A stretch of 31,434 nt of DNA from Candidatus Heritagella caecorum (GCA_904419035.1 CAJFQL010000026.1:1-31434); one strand, 5' to 3'; positions 17,358 to 26,687 are shown, numbered from the stretch's first letter. Notes: a model not told the origin generated them from the sequence alone. A program made the numbers and translations.

Positions 17358-19188
17358 AACAGATTCCTCCCCCGTAGCACGCGGCCCCGCACCCCGAGCA
17401 CGCTTCCCGGCAGTTAGGCGTGGTGGCGGCGGCGTAGGCACGGCGGCATTCTTCGATCAAAAACGATTTTTTCACCCCGTAATCCAGGTGATCCCACGGC
17501 AGCACCTCGTCAAAGCTGCGGCGGCGGTTGGCATAAAACGTGGGGTCTACCTGCAAATCCCGGAACGTATCCATCCACGTTTTCATGGAAAAGCACGTGT
17601 CCCATCCGTCAAACCGGCATCCCCGGCGCCACGCTTCTTCCAGCACGGCGCACAGCCGCCGGTCGCCCCGGGCGAATACCGCTTCCAAAAAGCCGCCGTC
17701 GGCGGCGTGGTAATTCACCTGTAATTTGCGGCTGTGGTTGGCGTGCACCAGGTGCTGCTGCTTTTCCCGGAAACTCTCCATGGTGTCCTGGGGCTCCCAC
17801 TGGAAGGGGGTAAAGGGCTTGGGCACAAACGCAGCGGCGCTCACCGTTACGCTCACCGCCGGGCCCTTGGGCCGGTCTTTGCAGGCGTAAAACGCGTCGA
17901 TCACCTTTTGCCCCAGGGCGGGAATCCCTTCCACGTCTTCCATGGTTTCCGTGGGCAGGCCGATCATAAAATACAGTTTGACCCGGCTCCACCCAGCCCG
18001 GAACGCAATGTCGACGGTTTTCATCAGTTCGTCTTCCCGCACGTTTTTATTGATCACATCCCGCAGCCGCTGGGTACCGGCTTCGGGGGCAAACGTCAGC
18101 CCGCTTTTGCGCACGGTTTTGATTTTTTCCGTCAGTTCGGTGGAAAACCCGTCCACCCGCAAAGACGGCAGGGAAATGCCCACTTTCCGCTCTTTCGTCC
18201 AGGTGAGCATGGTATCAAGCAGGCCATTGAGTTCACTATAATCGCTAGTGCTCAGCGACGAAAGGGATACTTCATCGTACCCCGTGGATTCACACAGCGC
18301 CCGGCACTGTTCATTGATCACCGGCACGCTCTTTTCCCGCAAAGGCCGGTACAAAAAACCCGCCTGGCAGAACCGGCATCCCCGGATGCAGCCGCGCATG
18401 ACTTCGCTCACGGCCCGGTCGTGCACAATATCGATAAACGGCACCACAAATTTATCGGGATAGTAGGACTTGTCCATGTCCATCATCACCCGCTTGTGTA
18501 CTACGGCGGGCGCCCCCTCTTTGGGGGTAACGGCATGAATCACGCCGCTTTCTTCATAACTGACGTCATACAGGGCCGGTACATAGCACCCGGGCACCTT
18601 CGAAGCCCGGCGCAAAAATCCCCGGCGGCTCACGCCTTCCTTCCGGCAGGCGCGATAGAGGTCCATGACTTCCAGGTCGACTTCTTCGCCTTCCCCCAAA
18701 AAGAAAATGTCGATAAAATCGGCCAAAGGTTCCGGGTTGCAGGCGCACGGCCCCCCTGCCACCACAATGGGGTCCTGTTCCCCGCGGTCTTCACTGCGCA
18801 CCGGAATCTGCCCCAGATCCAGCATATTGAGCACATTGGTATAACTGAGCTCATACTGCAACGTAAACCCAATAAAATCAAAGCAGCGCAGTGGGTCGCC
18901 GCTTTCCAGCCCATACAGCGGAATATGGTGCTGCCGCATCAGGTCTTCCATATCCACCCAGGGGGCGAAGACCCGCTCGCACCAGATGTCGTCCCGTTCG
19001 TTAAAAAGGCTATACAAAATTTTCATGCCCAAATGGGACATGCCCACTTCGTACGTGTCGGGAAAACAAAAGGCAAACCGCAGCAGCCCTTCCCGCTTTT
19101 CTTTGACAACACTGTTCATTTCGCCGCCTACATAGCGGCCCGGTTTGGTAACCAGCGGCAACAGCCGCTCGATCTGCTGATTGATCAT
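17332..19188 (-). CDS. B12-binding-like/radical SAM protein (TIGR03960 family, uncharacterized)
   Basis: The radical SAM cluster is CIRGCRFCQAG (CxxxCxxC), and an N-terminal B12-like domain begins LLPLVTKPGRYVGGE. The ATG at 19188 is preceded by GGGAG. The track's 58-aa N-terminal extension, MGDCWNK..., is unlikely. Confidence 0.7.
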   Translation of the reverse strand: MINQQIERLLPLVTKPGRYVGGEMNSVVKEKREGLLRFAFCFPDTYEVGMSHLGMKILYSLFNERDDIWCERVFAPWVDMEDLMRQHHIPLYGLESGDPLRCFDFIGFTLQYELSYTNVLNMLDLGQIPVRSEDRGEQDPIVVAGGPCACNPEPLADFIDIFFLGEGEEVDLEVMDLYRACRKEGVSRRGFLRRASKVPGCYVPALYDVSYEESGVIHAVTPKEGAPAVVHKRVMMDMDKSYYPDKFVVPFIDIVHDRAVSEVMRGCIRGCRFCQAGFLYRPLREKSVPVINEQCRALCESTGYDEVSLSSLSTSDYSELNGLLDTMLTWTKERKVGISLPSLRVDGFSTELTEKIKTVRKSGLTFAPEAGTQRLRDVINKNVREDELMKTVDIAFRAGWSRVKLYFMIGLPTETMEDVEGIPALGQKVIDAFYACKDRPKGPAVSVTVSAAAFVPKPFTPFQWEPQDTMESFREKQQHLVHANHSRKLQVNYHAADGGFLEAVFARGDRRLCAVLEEAWRRGCRFDGWDTCFSMKTWMDTFRDLQVDPTFYANRRRSFDEVLPWDHLDYGVKKSFLIEECRRAYAAATTPNCREACSGCGAACYGGGICFEKRTNLV

Positions 19189-19270
19189 CCGGTCATTCTC
19201 CCTTTTTCCTGTCCCACAAGGGCGGTTTTGCTGTTTATTATACCGGGTTTTGGCCCGCAATGCAACCGCC

Positions 19271-19870
19271 CTACCCCACTGGGCGGGCAAGCAGGCACAA
19301 AAGTAAGTATCCGCACAATAGTAGTAGCGATACATTGCCGTTTTGTTCCAGCAGTCCCCCAAACCCCAGCGTCATGAGTAAAAACAGGAACAAAAACGAA
19401 AGCCACCGGGTGACCGTTTCGGCTAGAAGCGGGCGGCACCGGCTACTGAGAAGCGCAAACAGCGCCTGGCCGCCATCGAGGGGCCACACCGGTAGTAAAT
19501 GGAAAAGGCTCAGCCCCCCAAACACTGCGCCCCCTATCCGAAGGACCGGTTCCCACGTCCCCAATAGCCACAAAAGCGCCCCCACCGGCAGCGGGAAAAG
19601 CGGCCCGCTCAATGCACAGGCCGCCTGCTGCCAAAAGGAAGCAAACGCCCGGCTCCGGCGCATTTGCACCCCGAACGCCGACAATTTAATCTCCCGGACG
19701 GGGATGTGCTGGGCTTTTAGGCATAACCAGTGCCCCCCTTCGTGTACCGGCACATAGAGGGCCGCAAAAGCCCCTACCGCCCCGGCTCCCAGGGTGAGAA
19801 AGGCCGCCATGAGAAAAAAGCCGCCGGTGACGGCCAGACGTCCTCCCCGGCGGCTTTCGATAACGATCAT
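19271..19870 (-). CDS. M50-family zinc metalloprotease (site-2 protease/SpoIVFB-like, short form)
   Basis: The HExxH motif (VHEGGHWL) lies in a TM helix and there is a downstream LDGG motif. The protein is polytopic. The ATG at 19870 forms an ATGA overlap with the stop of the upstream small membrane ORF. It lacks the CBS domain of canonical SpoIVFB. Confidence 0.6.
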   Translation of the reverse strand: MIVIESRRGGRLAVTGGFFLMAAFLTLGAGAVGAFAALYVPVHEGGHWLCLKAQHIPVREIKLSAFGVQMRRSRAFASFWQQAACALSGPLFPLPVGALLWLLGTWEPVLRIGGAVFGGLSLFHLLPVWPLDGGQALFALLSSRCRPLLAETVTRWLSFLFLFLLMTLGFGGLLEQNGNVSLLLLCGYLLLCLLARPVG

Positions 19871-20142
19871 GCCCATTGCTTTATCTGTACGGCCACTTCT
19901 TCGCCCCATTCCTGCCACAGCTCGCTGCCCATAATCAGCTCCTCCTGCTGCTGGGCCCGGTACCAGTCGATCACCGTTTCGCCCCAAGCGCCGCCCACAT
20001 ACCGCAGGCACAGCCCTCCAAGGAGCAGCAATAGGCATGCGATCAGCTGCACCAAAATCACCCGCCCCCCGGCCGCCCGGTCCAAGTCCGGCCGGGCCCT
20101 TTCTTCGGGCGGCGCACTTTCATACCCCTGTTGCGGTTCCAT
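19867..20142 (-). CDS. small membrane protein (91 aa, one TM helix, acidic/Trp-rich C-terminus), function unknown
   Basis: The ATG at 20142 has AGGAGG just upstream. The predicted TM segment is ILVQLIACLLLLLGGLCL. It is translationally coupled to the M50 protease gene and lies 10 nt downstream of the spoIVA stop. Confidence 0.45.
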   Translation of the reverse strand: MEPQQGYESAPPEERARPDLDRAAGGRVILVQLIACLLLLLGGLCLRYVGGAWGETVIDWYRAQQQEELIMGSELWQEWGEEVAVQIKQWA

Positions 20143-20151
20143 ACGTCCTCC

Positions 20152-21630
20152 TTACAGAATAATGCAGATCAGCCCGTTACAGCCGTCATTGATGATCCGT
20201 TCGATGGTTTCCCGCACTTTATCCCGGGCATCTTCCGGCATGCGCAGCAGTTTGTTGTGCAGCCCTTCGTTTACCAGTTCGTGCAGGCTCTTGCCGAACA
20301 AATTGGATTCCCAAATTTTGGTGGGGTCGTCTTCGAATTCCTGCAGCAAATAGTGGATCATCTCTTCCGACTGCTGTTCGTTCCCCACAATGGGCGTCAG
20401 TTCGGTACAAATCTGGGTTTTCATAAAATGGATGCTGGGGGCGGTTGCCTTCAGGCGCACCCCATATTTGCCGCCCTGGCGGAAAATCTCCGGTTCCTGC
20501 AAGGTGAGTTCCTCCTGCTCCGGCATGACAATCCCGTACCCGGTTTGCTGCACATCCCGGTAGGCCTGGCGGATGCGGCCGTATTCCTTCTGGACCGCCG
20601 CAAACTCCTGCAAAGCCCGGAACAGGTCGTTTTCATCCCGCACGGTCAGGCCGGTACTTTCGCTGAGCACCTGGAAAAACAAATCCCCCCGCAGCGTCAG
20701 CCGGGCCGTGGTGCACCCGTCCCCCAGCCGGAATTCCTCTACCCCCGCCGCTTCGATGTACTCGCACCTGGTGCAGCGCTGCAGCATAGGGGCGATCTGC
20801 CGCAAGCATTCGATGGAACCCGCTTCCCGGCGCACCGCCGAAAACACCGCCGTGCGCAGCCAGTGGTCCCGCGGTAGGGACGTAACCCAGCCCGGCAGAT
20901 GGAACCGGATTTCCCGAACGGGGAACTGATATAGAATTTGCCCCAACACGTCGATAATATCTTCTTCCGTCAGCGTCAGGCAGCTCATGGGCAGCACCGG
21001 CACACCGTATTTCTGCGAGAGCGAAGCGGCCAGTTCCCGGCTGGCCGTGGTACCGGGTTCCACACAGTTGAGGATCACCACAAAGGGCTTGTGGATTTCT
21101 TTGAGCTCATCGACAACCCGCTCTTCCGCTTCTTCGTATTCCTCCCGGGGGATATCGCTGATGCTGCCGTCGGTGGTGACCACCAGCCCAATGGTGCTGT
21201 GTTCGGTGATGACTTTGCGGGTGCCGATTTCCGCCGCCATATTGAACGGCACTTCTTCTTCAAACCAGGGGGTCTGCACCATGCGGGGCTGATCCTCTTC
21301 GATGTACCCCAGCGCACTGGGCACAATGTATCCCACGCAGTCAATGAGCCGGGTGCGAAATGTAATGTTATCTCCCACTTTAACCGGCACGGCGGTTTCG
21401 GGGATAAATTTCGGTTCGGTGGTCATAATCGTGCGCCCCGCCGACGATTGGGGAAGCTCATCCACAGCCCGGGTCCGCTGGTCTTCGTTTTCCATGCGCG
21501 GCAGAACCACCTGATCCATGAATTTTTGAATAAAGGTGGATTTTCCCGTGCGCACCGGCCCCACCACGCCGATATAAATATCGCCCTGGGTACGGGTGGC
21601 CATATCTTCGTATATTTTGTAATTTGCCAT
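20152..21630 (-). CDS. spoIVA: stage IV sporulation protein A (spore coat basement-layer ATPase)
   Basis: 492-aa ORF whose N-terminal Walker A is DIYIGVVGPVRTGKSTFIQKFM, characteristic of SpoIVA. It is collinear with SpoIVA over its full length. The ATG start is preceded by GGAGGA. Confidence 0.9.
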   Translation of the reverse strand: MANYKIYEDMATRTQGDIYIGVVGPVRTGKSTFIQKFMDQVVLPRMENEDQRTRAVDELPQSSAGRTIMTTEPKFIPETAVPVKVGDNITFRTRLIDCVGYIVPSALGYIEEDQPRMVQTPWFEEEVPFNMAAEIGTRKVITEHSTIGLVVTTDGSISDIPREEYEEAEERVVDELKEIHKPFVVILNCVEPGTTASRELAASLSQKYGVPVLPMSCLTLTEEDIIDVLGQILYQFPVREIRFHLPGWVTSLPRDHWLRTAVFSAVRREAGSIECLRQIAPMLQRCTRCEYIEAAGVEEFRLGDGCTTARLTLRGDLFFQVLSESTGLTVRDENDLFRALQEFAAVQKEYGRIRQAYRDVQQTGYGIVMPEQEELTLQEPEIFRQGGKYGVRLKATAPSIHFMKTQICTELTPIVGNEQQSEEMIHYLLQEFEDDPTKIWESNLFGKSLHELVNEGLHNKLLRMPEDARDKVRETIERIINDGCNGLICIIL

Positions 21631-21772
21631 TGTGATTCCTCCGCCGTCTGTTCGTTTTCTTTGCTACAGGATACGAGCCATCGGCGGAAATTATGACCAC
21701 CGGGGCAAAAAGAGCCAAAAAGAAAAAGCGGCCCCGCGTTTTCACGCGGAACCACCCGGTAAAATTTTAGGC

Positions 21773-22723
21773 TTATATCTCGCCGGCTTTTTGCAAATAG
21801 GAACGAAGCACATCGCACGACGCGTGGAAGGCCTCTTTTTCGTCCGGCGTCAGGGATAACGTGACAATGCCTTCCATCCCACCGGCGCCAATCACCGCCG
21901 GTACCCCGGCCGCCACATTTTCTTCGCCGTATTCGCCCTGCAAGGCGGTGGAAACCGGCAGCACCACTTTTTCATCATGGAAAATCGCCGTTATGAGCCG
22001 CGCCGCCACGGTGCCAATACCAAATTCCGTGCAGGATTTGTGGGTGACTTCGAACATACCGGCGTCTTTCCCCCGGCGGGTCAGCTCATCAAGCGGCGTT
22101 TTCCCCCATCGCTCCGGTTCCTGCTGCCGCAGGGTCAAAAAAGGCTGTCCACCTATGCACACTCTTGACCAGGGCACCATGTGGGAATCCCCGTGTTCGC
22201 CCATGCACAGCGCGCTGACACTGTGGGTGCTCACGCCGCCATCCTGGGCGATCACCCGCCGCAGACGCAGACTGTCAAGCCCCGTACCGGTGGAAAACGC
22301 CTTCTCCCGGGGAAACCCAATCCCCCGCCGCAGCAGTTCGCCCACTACGTCGGCCGGGTTGGAAATGCTGATCAATATCCCGGAAAAGCCGCTTTGCTTT
22401 ATACGGGGGATGATGTCGTTTTTCAGCATGCGCACCGAATCATAAAATAGGTCGAGCCTGGTTTCGCCTTCTTTGCGGCCCCGGCCCGCCGCCATAATCA
22501 GGATGCTGGCGTCTTTCATATCGTCATCCGTGCCCGCCCGGATCACCGGGGCAAACCCCATGGAAACCGCCGCGTCGCTTAGATCCATCGCCTGGCCCGC
22601 CGCTTTCTTTTCCAGGATATCCAATAGTACAATTTCTTCGCACAATCCGCCGAACAGCAGACTCAGCGCACAGTGGGACCCCACGTGACCGGCGCCCAAA
22701 ATCACAACTTTTCTTTTTTGCAT
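21773..22723 (-). CDS. ldh: L-lactate dehydrogenase
   Basis: The ATG at 22723 (MQKRKVVILGAGHVGS...) is followed by a Rossmann GxGxxG, and the L-LDH catalytic-His signature GEHGDS is present. The track's 37-aa 5' extension is unlikely. Confidence 0.8.
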   Translation of the reverse strand: MQKRKVVILGAGHVGSHCALSLLFGGLCEEIVLLDILEKKAAGQAMDLSDAAVSMGFAPVIRAGTDDDMKDASILIMAAGRGRKEGETRLDLFYDSVRMLKNDIIPRIKQSGFSGILISISNPADVVGELLRRGIGFPREKAFSTGTGLDSLRLRRVIAQDGGVSTHSVSALCMGEHGDSHMVPWSRVCIGGQPFLTLRQQEPERWGKTPLDELTRRGKDAGMFEVTHKSCTEFGIGTVAARLITAIFHDEKVVLPVSTALQGEYGEENVAAGVPAVIGAGGMEGIVTLSLTPDEKEAFHASCDVLRSYLQKAGEI

Positions 22724-22856
22724 GGCAAGTGCCCCCTTTTTGACGACCTTTCTTTCCAGTATAGCACGTCTGTTTTCGCCGTCAAGAGCCAGCAAAAGGC
22801 CCGGCGGTTGTTTCCACAAATAGTACCCCCCCACCGGGCCCTTTTTCCCCCAAGTA

Positions 22857-24407
22857 TTAGCCGCCGGGAATCAGCAGCATCCCTCCGGACGCATAATCCC
22901 CGGTCATCTCATTTTCTTCGCAAATGGCCTTCACCGACGACGCGTACCGCTTGGCGATATTCCACAGCGGTTCCCCGCTTTGGGCAAAATAGAGGATCAG
23001 CGGCGTATCTTTGCGCAGCGGTTCATCCCCGCTGCGGTGCAGCCCCTGCAGCACCCGGCACACCGTCTTGCCCTGCAGCCGGGTACTCACCTGTACATCG
23101 GCCCGCACTTCCACCGAAGAAGCCGACACAATGCGGTATTGCAGTTTCAGCATGGAAAGGCTGGGGAAAGCTTCCACATCCCCTTCCGCCTCCATGGGGA
23201 AGGCTGCCGAAAAATCCATGACTTTTTCCCGGTAAAACGGTACCCCTTCCCGGTTTACCGCCAGCAAACACACATTCATTTTGCCCGTGTACATCAGCTG
23301 CCCCGAAACCACCTGGGCCGAAACCGAGGCAATTTCGTTCCACAGATCGACCACCCCCGTCAGCAGTTCACTGCCCGATTCCACCGACGTGGTCTGCGAA
23401 AAGGCATCCATCCGTACCCCCATGGGCCGCTGCAAGGTCAGCGTTTCGTATTCCGGGGCGGTGGCATACCGGGTGGAATAGGCGTCTTCCACCAGCGGAA
23501 TATCCATGCGCTTTTCCACTGTAACGAGGGCGCTTAGCTGTAATTTGGCTTCCAGCCGGGTGGCTTCGCCCAAATTGTCGCTGCGGGGCAGTAGGTCCGG
23601 TTCCATCACCGACAAGTCCACCTGGCACGTGCCGTCCTCCCGGGCGCCGGGGGCTTCCACCATTTGGGAAAACGGGATGGAAAATTCCATCTTTTCCGGT
23701 AACGGGGATTCGTTTGCGGGGGTATACAGCACTTCCAGCAGCACCCGCCCCCTCAGCAACAGCGAATCGGATACCACCCGGGTTTCTTCACACAAGCACT
23801 GGGCCCGGCTGCGCAGGATGTAGGCAATGGGCGGTTTGCCGCCCCCCAGTTCCAGCGTCTCCCGCAAAGGGAAGCTCTCCAGGCACAGGCATTGCAATTC
23901 GCTCCCCGGTACGTTCAGCCGCCGCTGCTGCACATCGTCGCCGCATAGCGCCGCCGTTGCCGGCCGGCATTCCTTTTGCAGCAGCTGCACACAAAGGGAG
24001 AAAGAGCCCCGCACCGAAAAACGCCGCGGCCCTGTGAGCGTGCAGCTGACAAATTCCAGCCGCGGTTTGACCACACATACCACATTGTCCCCGCCGGCCA
24101 TGCCCTCATTCCCCAGGCCCTTCACGGGGATGGACGCGGTAAAGGGCGCCGTCTCTTCCCGGCAGCACAGTTTGCCCGATTCTTTCCCGACAAACAATAC
24201 CCGCAATAGCAGCGTGCCCGTACACTCCACCCGTTCCCCGGACACACCGTGCTGCACCACCTGGGGGAATAGCTGGCATTTGAGCACTTTGGCCGCTTCT
24301 TCCCCGCCTTCCGGCAGAGAAACTTCCTGTTCCACCGATTGTTCGGCGCAGCCTTCCCACAGCAGCCGGCGGGTACACAGGGTTTGGCGTTCACATGTAT
24401 AATCCAT
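22857..24407 (-). CDS. DUF3794-like N-terminal domain protein with C-terminal LysM (SipL/SpoVID-like candidate spore coat morphogenetic protein)
   Basis: The C-terminal ~45 aa, ILYFAQSGEPLWNIAKRYASSVKAICEENE, fit a LysM fold. A large Cys-rich N-terminal region precedes it. The ATG at 24407 is preceded by AAGGAG, and the track's TTG at 24491 lies inside a terminator hairpin. The gene is near spoIVA. Confidence 0.45.
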   Translation of the reverse strand: MDYTCERQTLCTRRLLWEGCAEQSVEQEVSLPEGGEEAAKVLKCQLFPQVVQHGVSGERVECTGTLLLRVLFVGKESGKLCCREETAPFTASIPVKGLGNEGMAGGDNVVCVVKPRLEFVSCTLTGPRRFSVRGSFSLCVQLLQKECRPATAALCGDDVQQRRLNVPGSELQCLCLESFPLRETLELGGGKPPIAYILRSRAQCLCEETRVVSDSLLLRGRVLLEVLYTPANESPLPEKMEFSIPFSQMVEAPGAREDGTCQVDLSVMEPDLLPRSDNLGEATRLEAKLQLSALVTVEKRMDIPLVEDAYSTRYATAPEYETLTLQRPMGVRMDAFSQTTSVESGSELLTGVVDLWNEIASVSAQVVSGQLMYTGKMNVCLLAVNREGVPFYREKVMDFSAAFPMEAEGDVEAFPSLSMLKLQYRIVSASSVEVRADVQVSTRLQGKTVCRVLQGLHRSGDEPLRKDTPLILYFAQSGEPLWNIAKRYASSVKAICEENEMTGDYASGGMLLIPGG

Positions 24408-24471
24408 GGCTTTTTTCTCCTTTTCATGGTTTCTGCTCCATGTATATGGCCGTGATGCCCCCCCTATGACC

Positions 24472-24512
24472 ATAAAAAACAGGAGGTCCAAAAAAGACCT
24501 CCTGTTTTTTTA
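24472..24512. terminator. bidirectional rho-independent terminator ending the TIR/SPFH operon
   Basis: AGGAGGTC-CAAAAAA-GACCTCCT forms a perfect 8-bp stem. It is flanked by AAAAAAC on one side and GTTTTTTTA on the other. Confidence 0.65.
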
Positions 24513-24617
24513 TTCCGGCTGTACCGCTTCGCGCCGGATGCCAAAAACACGGCGCAGCAAAAAGCCCACAAGACCTTTCCCCCGAACCACGACCACTTTC
24601 ATGCCGAAGCACTCCTT

Positions 24618-24782
24618 TCAGCGGTGGGCCAATGTAAAGCCCATGGCTACAATGATGACCGCTGCCAAAAACAGCGTGAGCCCATACGGACAAAAACAGG
24701 AAAGGGTCAGCCCCAAACCAAACGCCGTGGCCCAACGGCCGCACCGGCGGCACACCGGGCGGGGCACACAGTGTTGTTTCAT
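24618..24782 (-). CDS. small Cys-rich membrane peptide (54 aa; below the ORF-track cutoff)
   Basis: Translation by eye gives MKQHCVPRPVCRRCGRWATAFGLGLTLSCFCPYGLTLFLAAVIIVAMGFTLAHR. The ATG is preceded by AAAGGGGG 7 nt upstream. The peptide has an N-terminal CxxxxxCxxC and a C-terminal TM helix, and it is the last gene before the terminator. Coordinates are +/-1 nt. Confidence 0.35.
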   Translation of the reverse strand: MKQHCVPRPVCRRCGRWATAFGLGLTLSCFCPYGLTLFLAAVIIVAMGFTLAHR

Positions 24783-24845
24783 GGTTTTCGCCCCCTTTCC
24801 TTCCCATTGTATACGAAAAGGGGCAAAAAGGTTCCGCCGGGTTTT

Positions 24846-26687
24846 TTATACCCGTACGGTCACGGGATTTTGCACTTCATGGCCAATAAACGCCCAGGCG
24901 TTGCTATACTGGCCGCTACGCACTTCATTTTTCAAATTTGCGCACTGCTTTTTCAGATTCACTACCTGCTGCGCCAACTCTGTCAGCTTCCTGTCCTGTT
25001 GCTCATAAAACTGGATCATTTGATCCATTTCACCCTGTACAGACCGGCACTGAGAAAAAATCGTGCGCAGGGTGGAAGCGTCCTGGCTGTTCTGGCAGTA
25101 ATTTAAGTATGCATTGAGCGCATCGTCCAACGCTTTGCGCTGCTGCTGCAAAGTGCCCAGCATGTTGTAAGCCACGGGAATTTCCTTTTGCTGGTTAAAC
25201 TGATTCACCGACAGGTTGTACTGGTTCTGCAAATTGTTCATCTGGGTGCGCAAAGTCTGGGACTGGGCTGTCACTTTCTGCATCTGCTGCTGCATGGCAG
25301 TTAACTTCTGCTGCATGCTCTGCCCGATGTTTTGAACCTCCGGCGCCCGCTTTTTCATGTTTTCTTCGATGGCCCCGGCTTTTTGCAGGAAATTTTCGTC
25401 ACGGAGCTGACGGCTCAATGCCTGGTCCAGCATACGGCACACCGACTGGATCCATTCGTCAATGGCCGTATTCACAGCCTGGTACGCCTTTTTCAGATCC
25501 GGTGACGCAAACCGGATGGCGTTTTTATAGGCGATTTCGCCGCTGATTTGTTGGCCCTTGCGGATCATTTCATCGGCTGTGCGGCACTTCAGCTTGCACA
25601 GTAGCTGGCCCCAATAGGCCTGTGCATTTTCGGGGTCTTTATCCAGCACGCGGTTATAATAAGTGGCGGCGTCGGAAAGCTGGCCGTTATCCAGGAAAAT
25701 GTCGGCCCGTTTGAGCAAACTGCGGGCTTCCTGCTGCATCACACTGCCCGCTGAAACGGCAGCAGCCGCGGCGGCCGGTTGGGTGGTTTTCCCGTTTTTC
25801 GCATTGACCAATTTTTGGACATATTCAATCAGCTGCAGTTCGCCGACAGGCGTACCCATATTGACAGCCTGCAACGACGACAGTTCCCGGGGCAAATCCA
25901 TATCAGGCAACAAATCCCAGTACGCCGGGATCAGTGTTTTTTCTTCGCCGTTATTGATCAGTTCCAAATACCGCGCCCATTCGTTCTTCACCCAGGGCGC
26001 CGTAAAGTATTCCGGTTTGGAGCCCATCAGCACCATCACCCGGGACGTGTGCAGCGCCGAAAAGATGATGGGTTCGTAATTTTTCCCCAGGGGCAGGGAT
26101 TCCGGGGCATAGAAGGTGCGAATCCCCTTGGCCGTCAATTTTTCATACAGCGAGCGGGCCCGGAAGCTATCCAGGGTACGTTCGCCGTTATCCTGCTCCT
26201 TATAGCTGATAAACACATCATATTTTTCCTGCTTGGCCGCAATGGAGAGAATCTCCTGCATAATGGTGTTGATCTCCTGGGCCTGGGCTTCGTAACGGCC
26301 CTTAGCGCCGGGTTCGGCCCGGCGGATGACCTCCTGAAAATCGGGGTCATTTAAAATGGAACCATATTTGGCCCGGTGACAGGTGGGCACATACCGTCCG
26401 GTGGCCGGGTCTTTTACGTATTCAATACCGTATTTGCAAAGGAGCAGGCCCCAATATGCTTCGGCGTCGCCGCTGTCTTCCGCAATCACTTTTTCGTAAA
26501 CCGAAATGGCCCGGTCAAATTCGCTGTGCATACGCAGATCGTTGGCGCGGTTGTGCATGCTGATAAGCCGTTCGTCATGATCGTTTGGTAAATCCGAAAT
26601 CGAATCGCACGAATCGCACACCGCTGTCTTCCCGTCCGGGTTGGGGATCAAATTGCCGCCGCACATTTTGCATTTAAAAACTGCCAT
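24846..26687 (-). CDS. TIR-domain protein with N-terminal zinc ribbon, two TPR-like modules flanking the TIR, and a Q/N-rich C-terminal coiled coil
   Basis: The N-terminus has CKMCGG...CDSCDS. The TIR core motifs are YDVFISYKEQD ... SRVMVLMGS ... PWVKNEWARYLEL. Two repeated TPR-like units, AEAYWGLLLCKYG and AQAYWGQLLCKLKC, flank the TIR. The C-terminus is a QSMQQKLTAMQQQMQK...NNLQNQYN coiled coil. The ATG start has a GGAGGAAAGA RBS. Confidence 0.7.
   Translation of the reverse strand: MAVFKCKMCGGNLIPNPDGKTAVCDSCDSISDLPNDHDERLISMHNRANDLRMHSEFDRAISVYEKVIAEDSGDAEAYWGLLLCKYGIEYVKDPATGRYVPTCHRAKYGSILNDPDFQEVIRRAEPGAKGRYEAQAQEINTIMQEILSIAAKQEKYDVFISYKEQDNGERTLDSFRARSLYEKLTAKGIRTFYAPESLPLGKNYEPIIFSALHTSRVMVLMGSKPEYFTAPWVKNEWARYLELINNGEEKTLIPAYWDLLPDMDLPRELSSLQAVNMGTPVGELQLIEYVQKLVNAKNGKTTQPAAAAAAVSAGSVMQQEARSLLKRADIFLDNGQLSDAATYYNRVLDKDPENAQAYWGQLLCKLKCRTADEMIRKGQQISGEIAYKNAIRFASPDLKKAYQAVNTAIDEWIQSVCRMLDQALSRQLRDENFLQKAGAIEENMKKRAPEVQNIGQSMQQKLTAMQQQMQKVTAQSQTLRTQMNNLQNQYNLSVNQFNQQKEIPVAYNMLGTLQQQRKALDDALNAYLNYCQNSQDASTLRTIFSQCRSVQGEMDQMIQFYEQQDRKLTELAQQVVNLKKQCANLKNEVRSGQYSNAWAFIGHEVQNPVTVRV

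Noticed and set aside
19185-19439. 84-aa minus-strand ORF spanning the radical-SAM start and the M50 3' end
   Set aside because: It overlaps two supported genes in a different frame and has no RBS.
24406-25008. 200-aa plus-strand ORF and the 127-aa minus-strand ORF (24424-24807) in the TIR operon 3' region
   Set aside because: The plus-strand ORF runs through a bidirectional terminator and antisense to the TIR gene. The minus-strand ORF is a low-complexity frame without an RBS. The only convincing small gene here is the 54-codon ORF in another frame.
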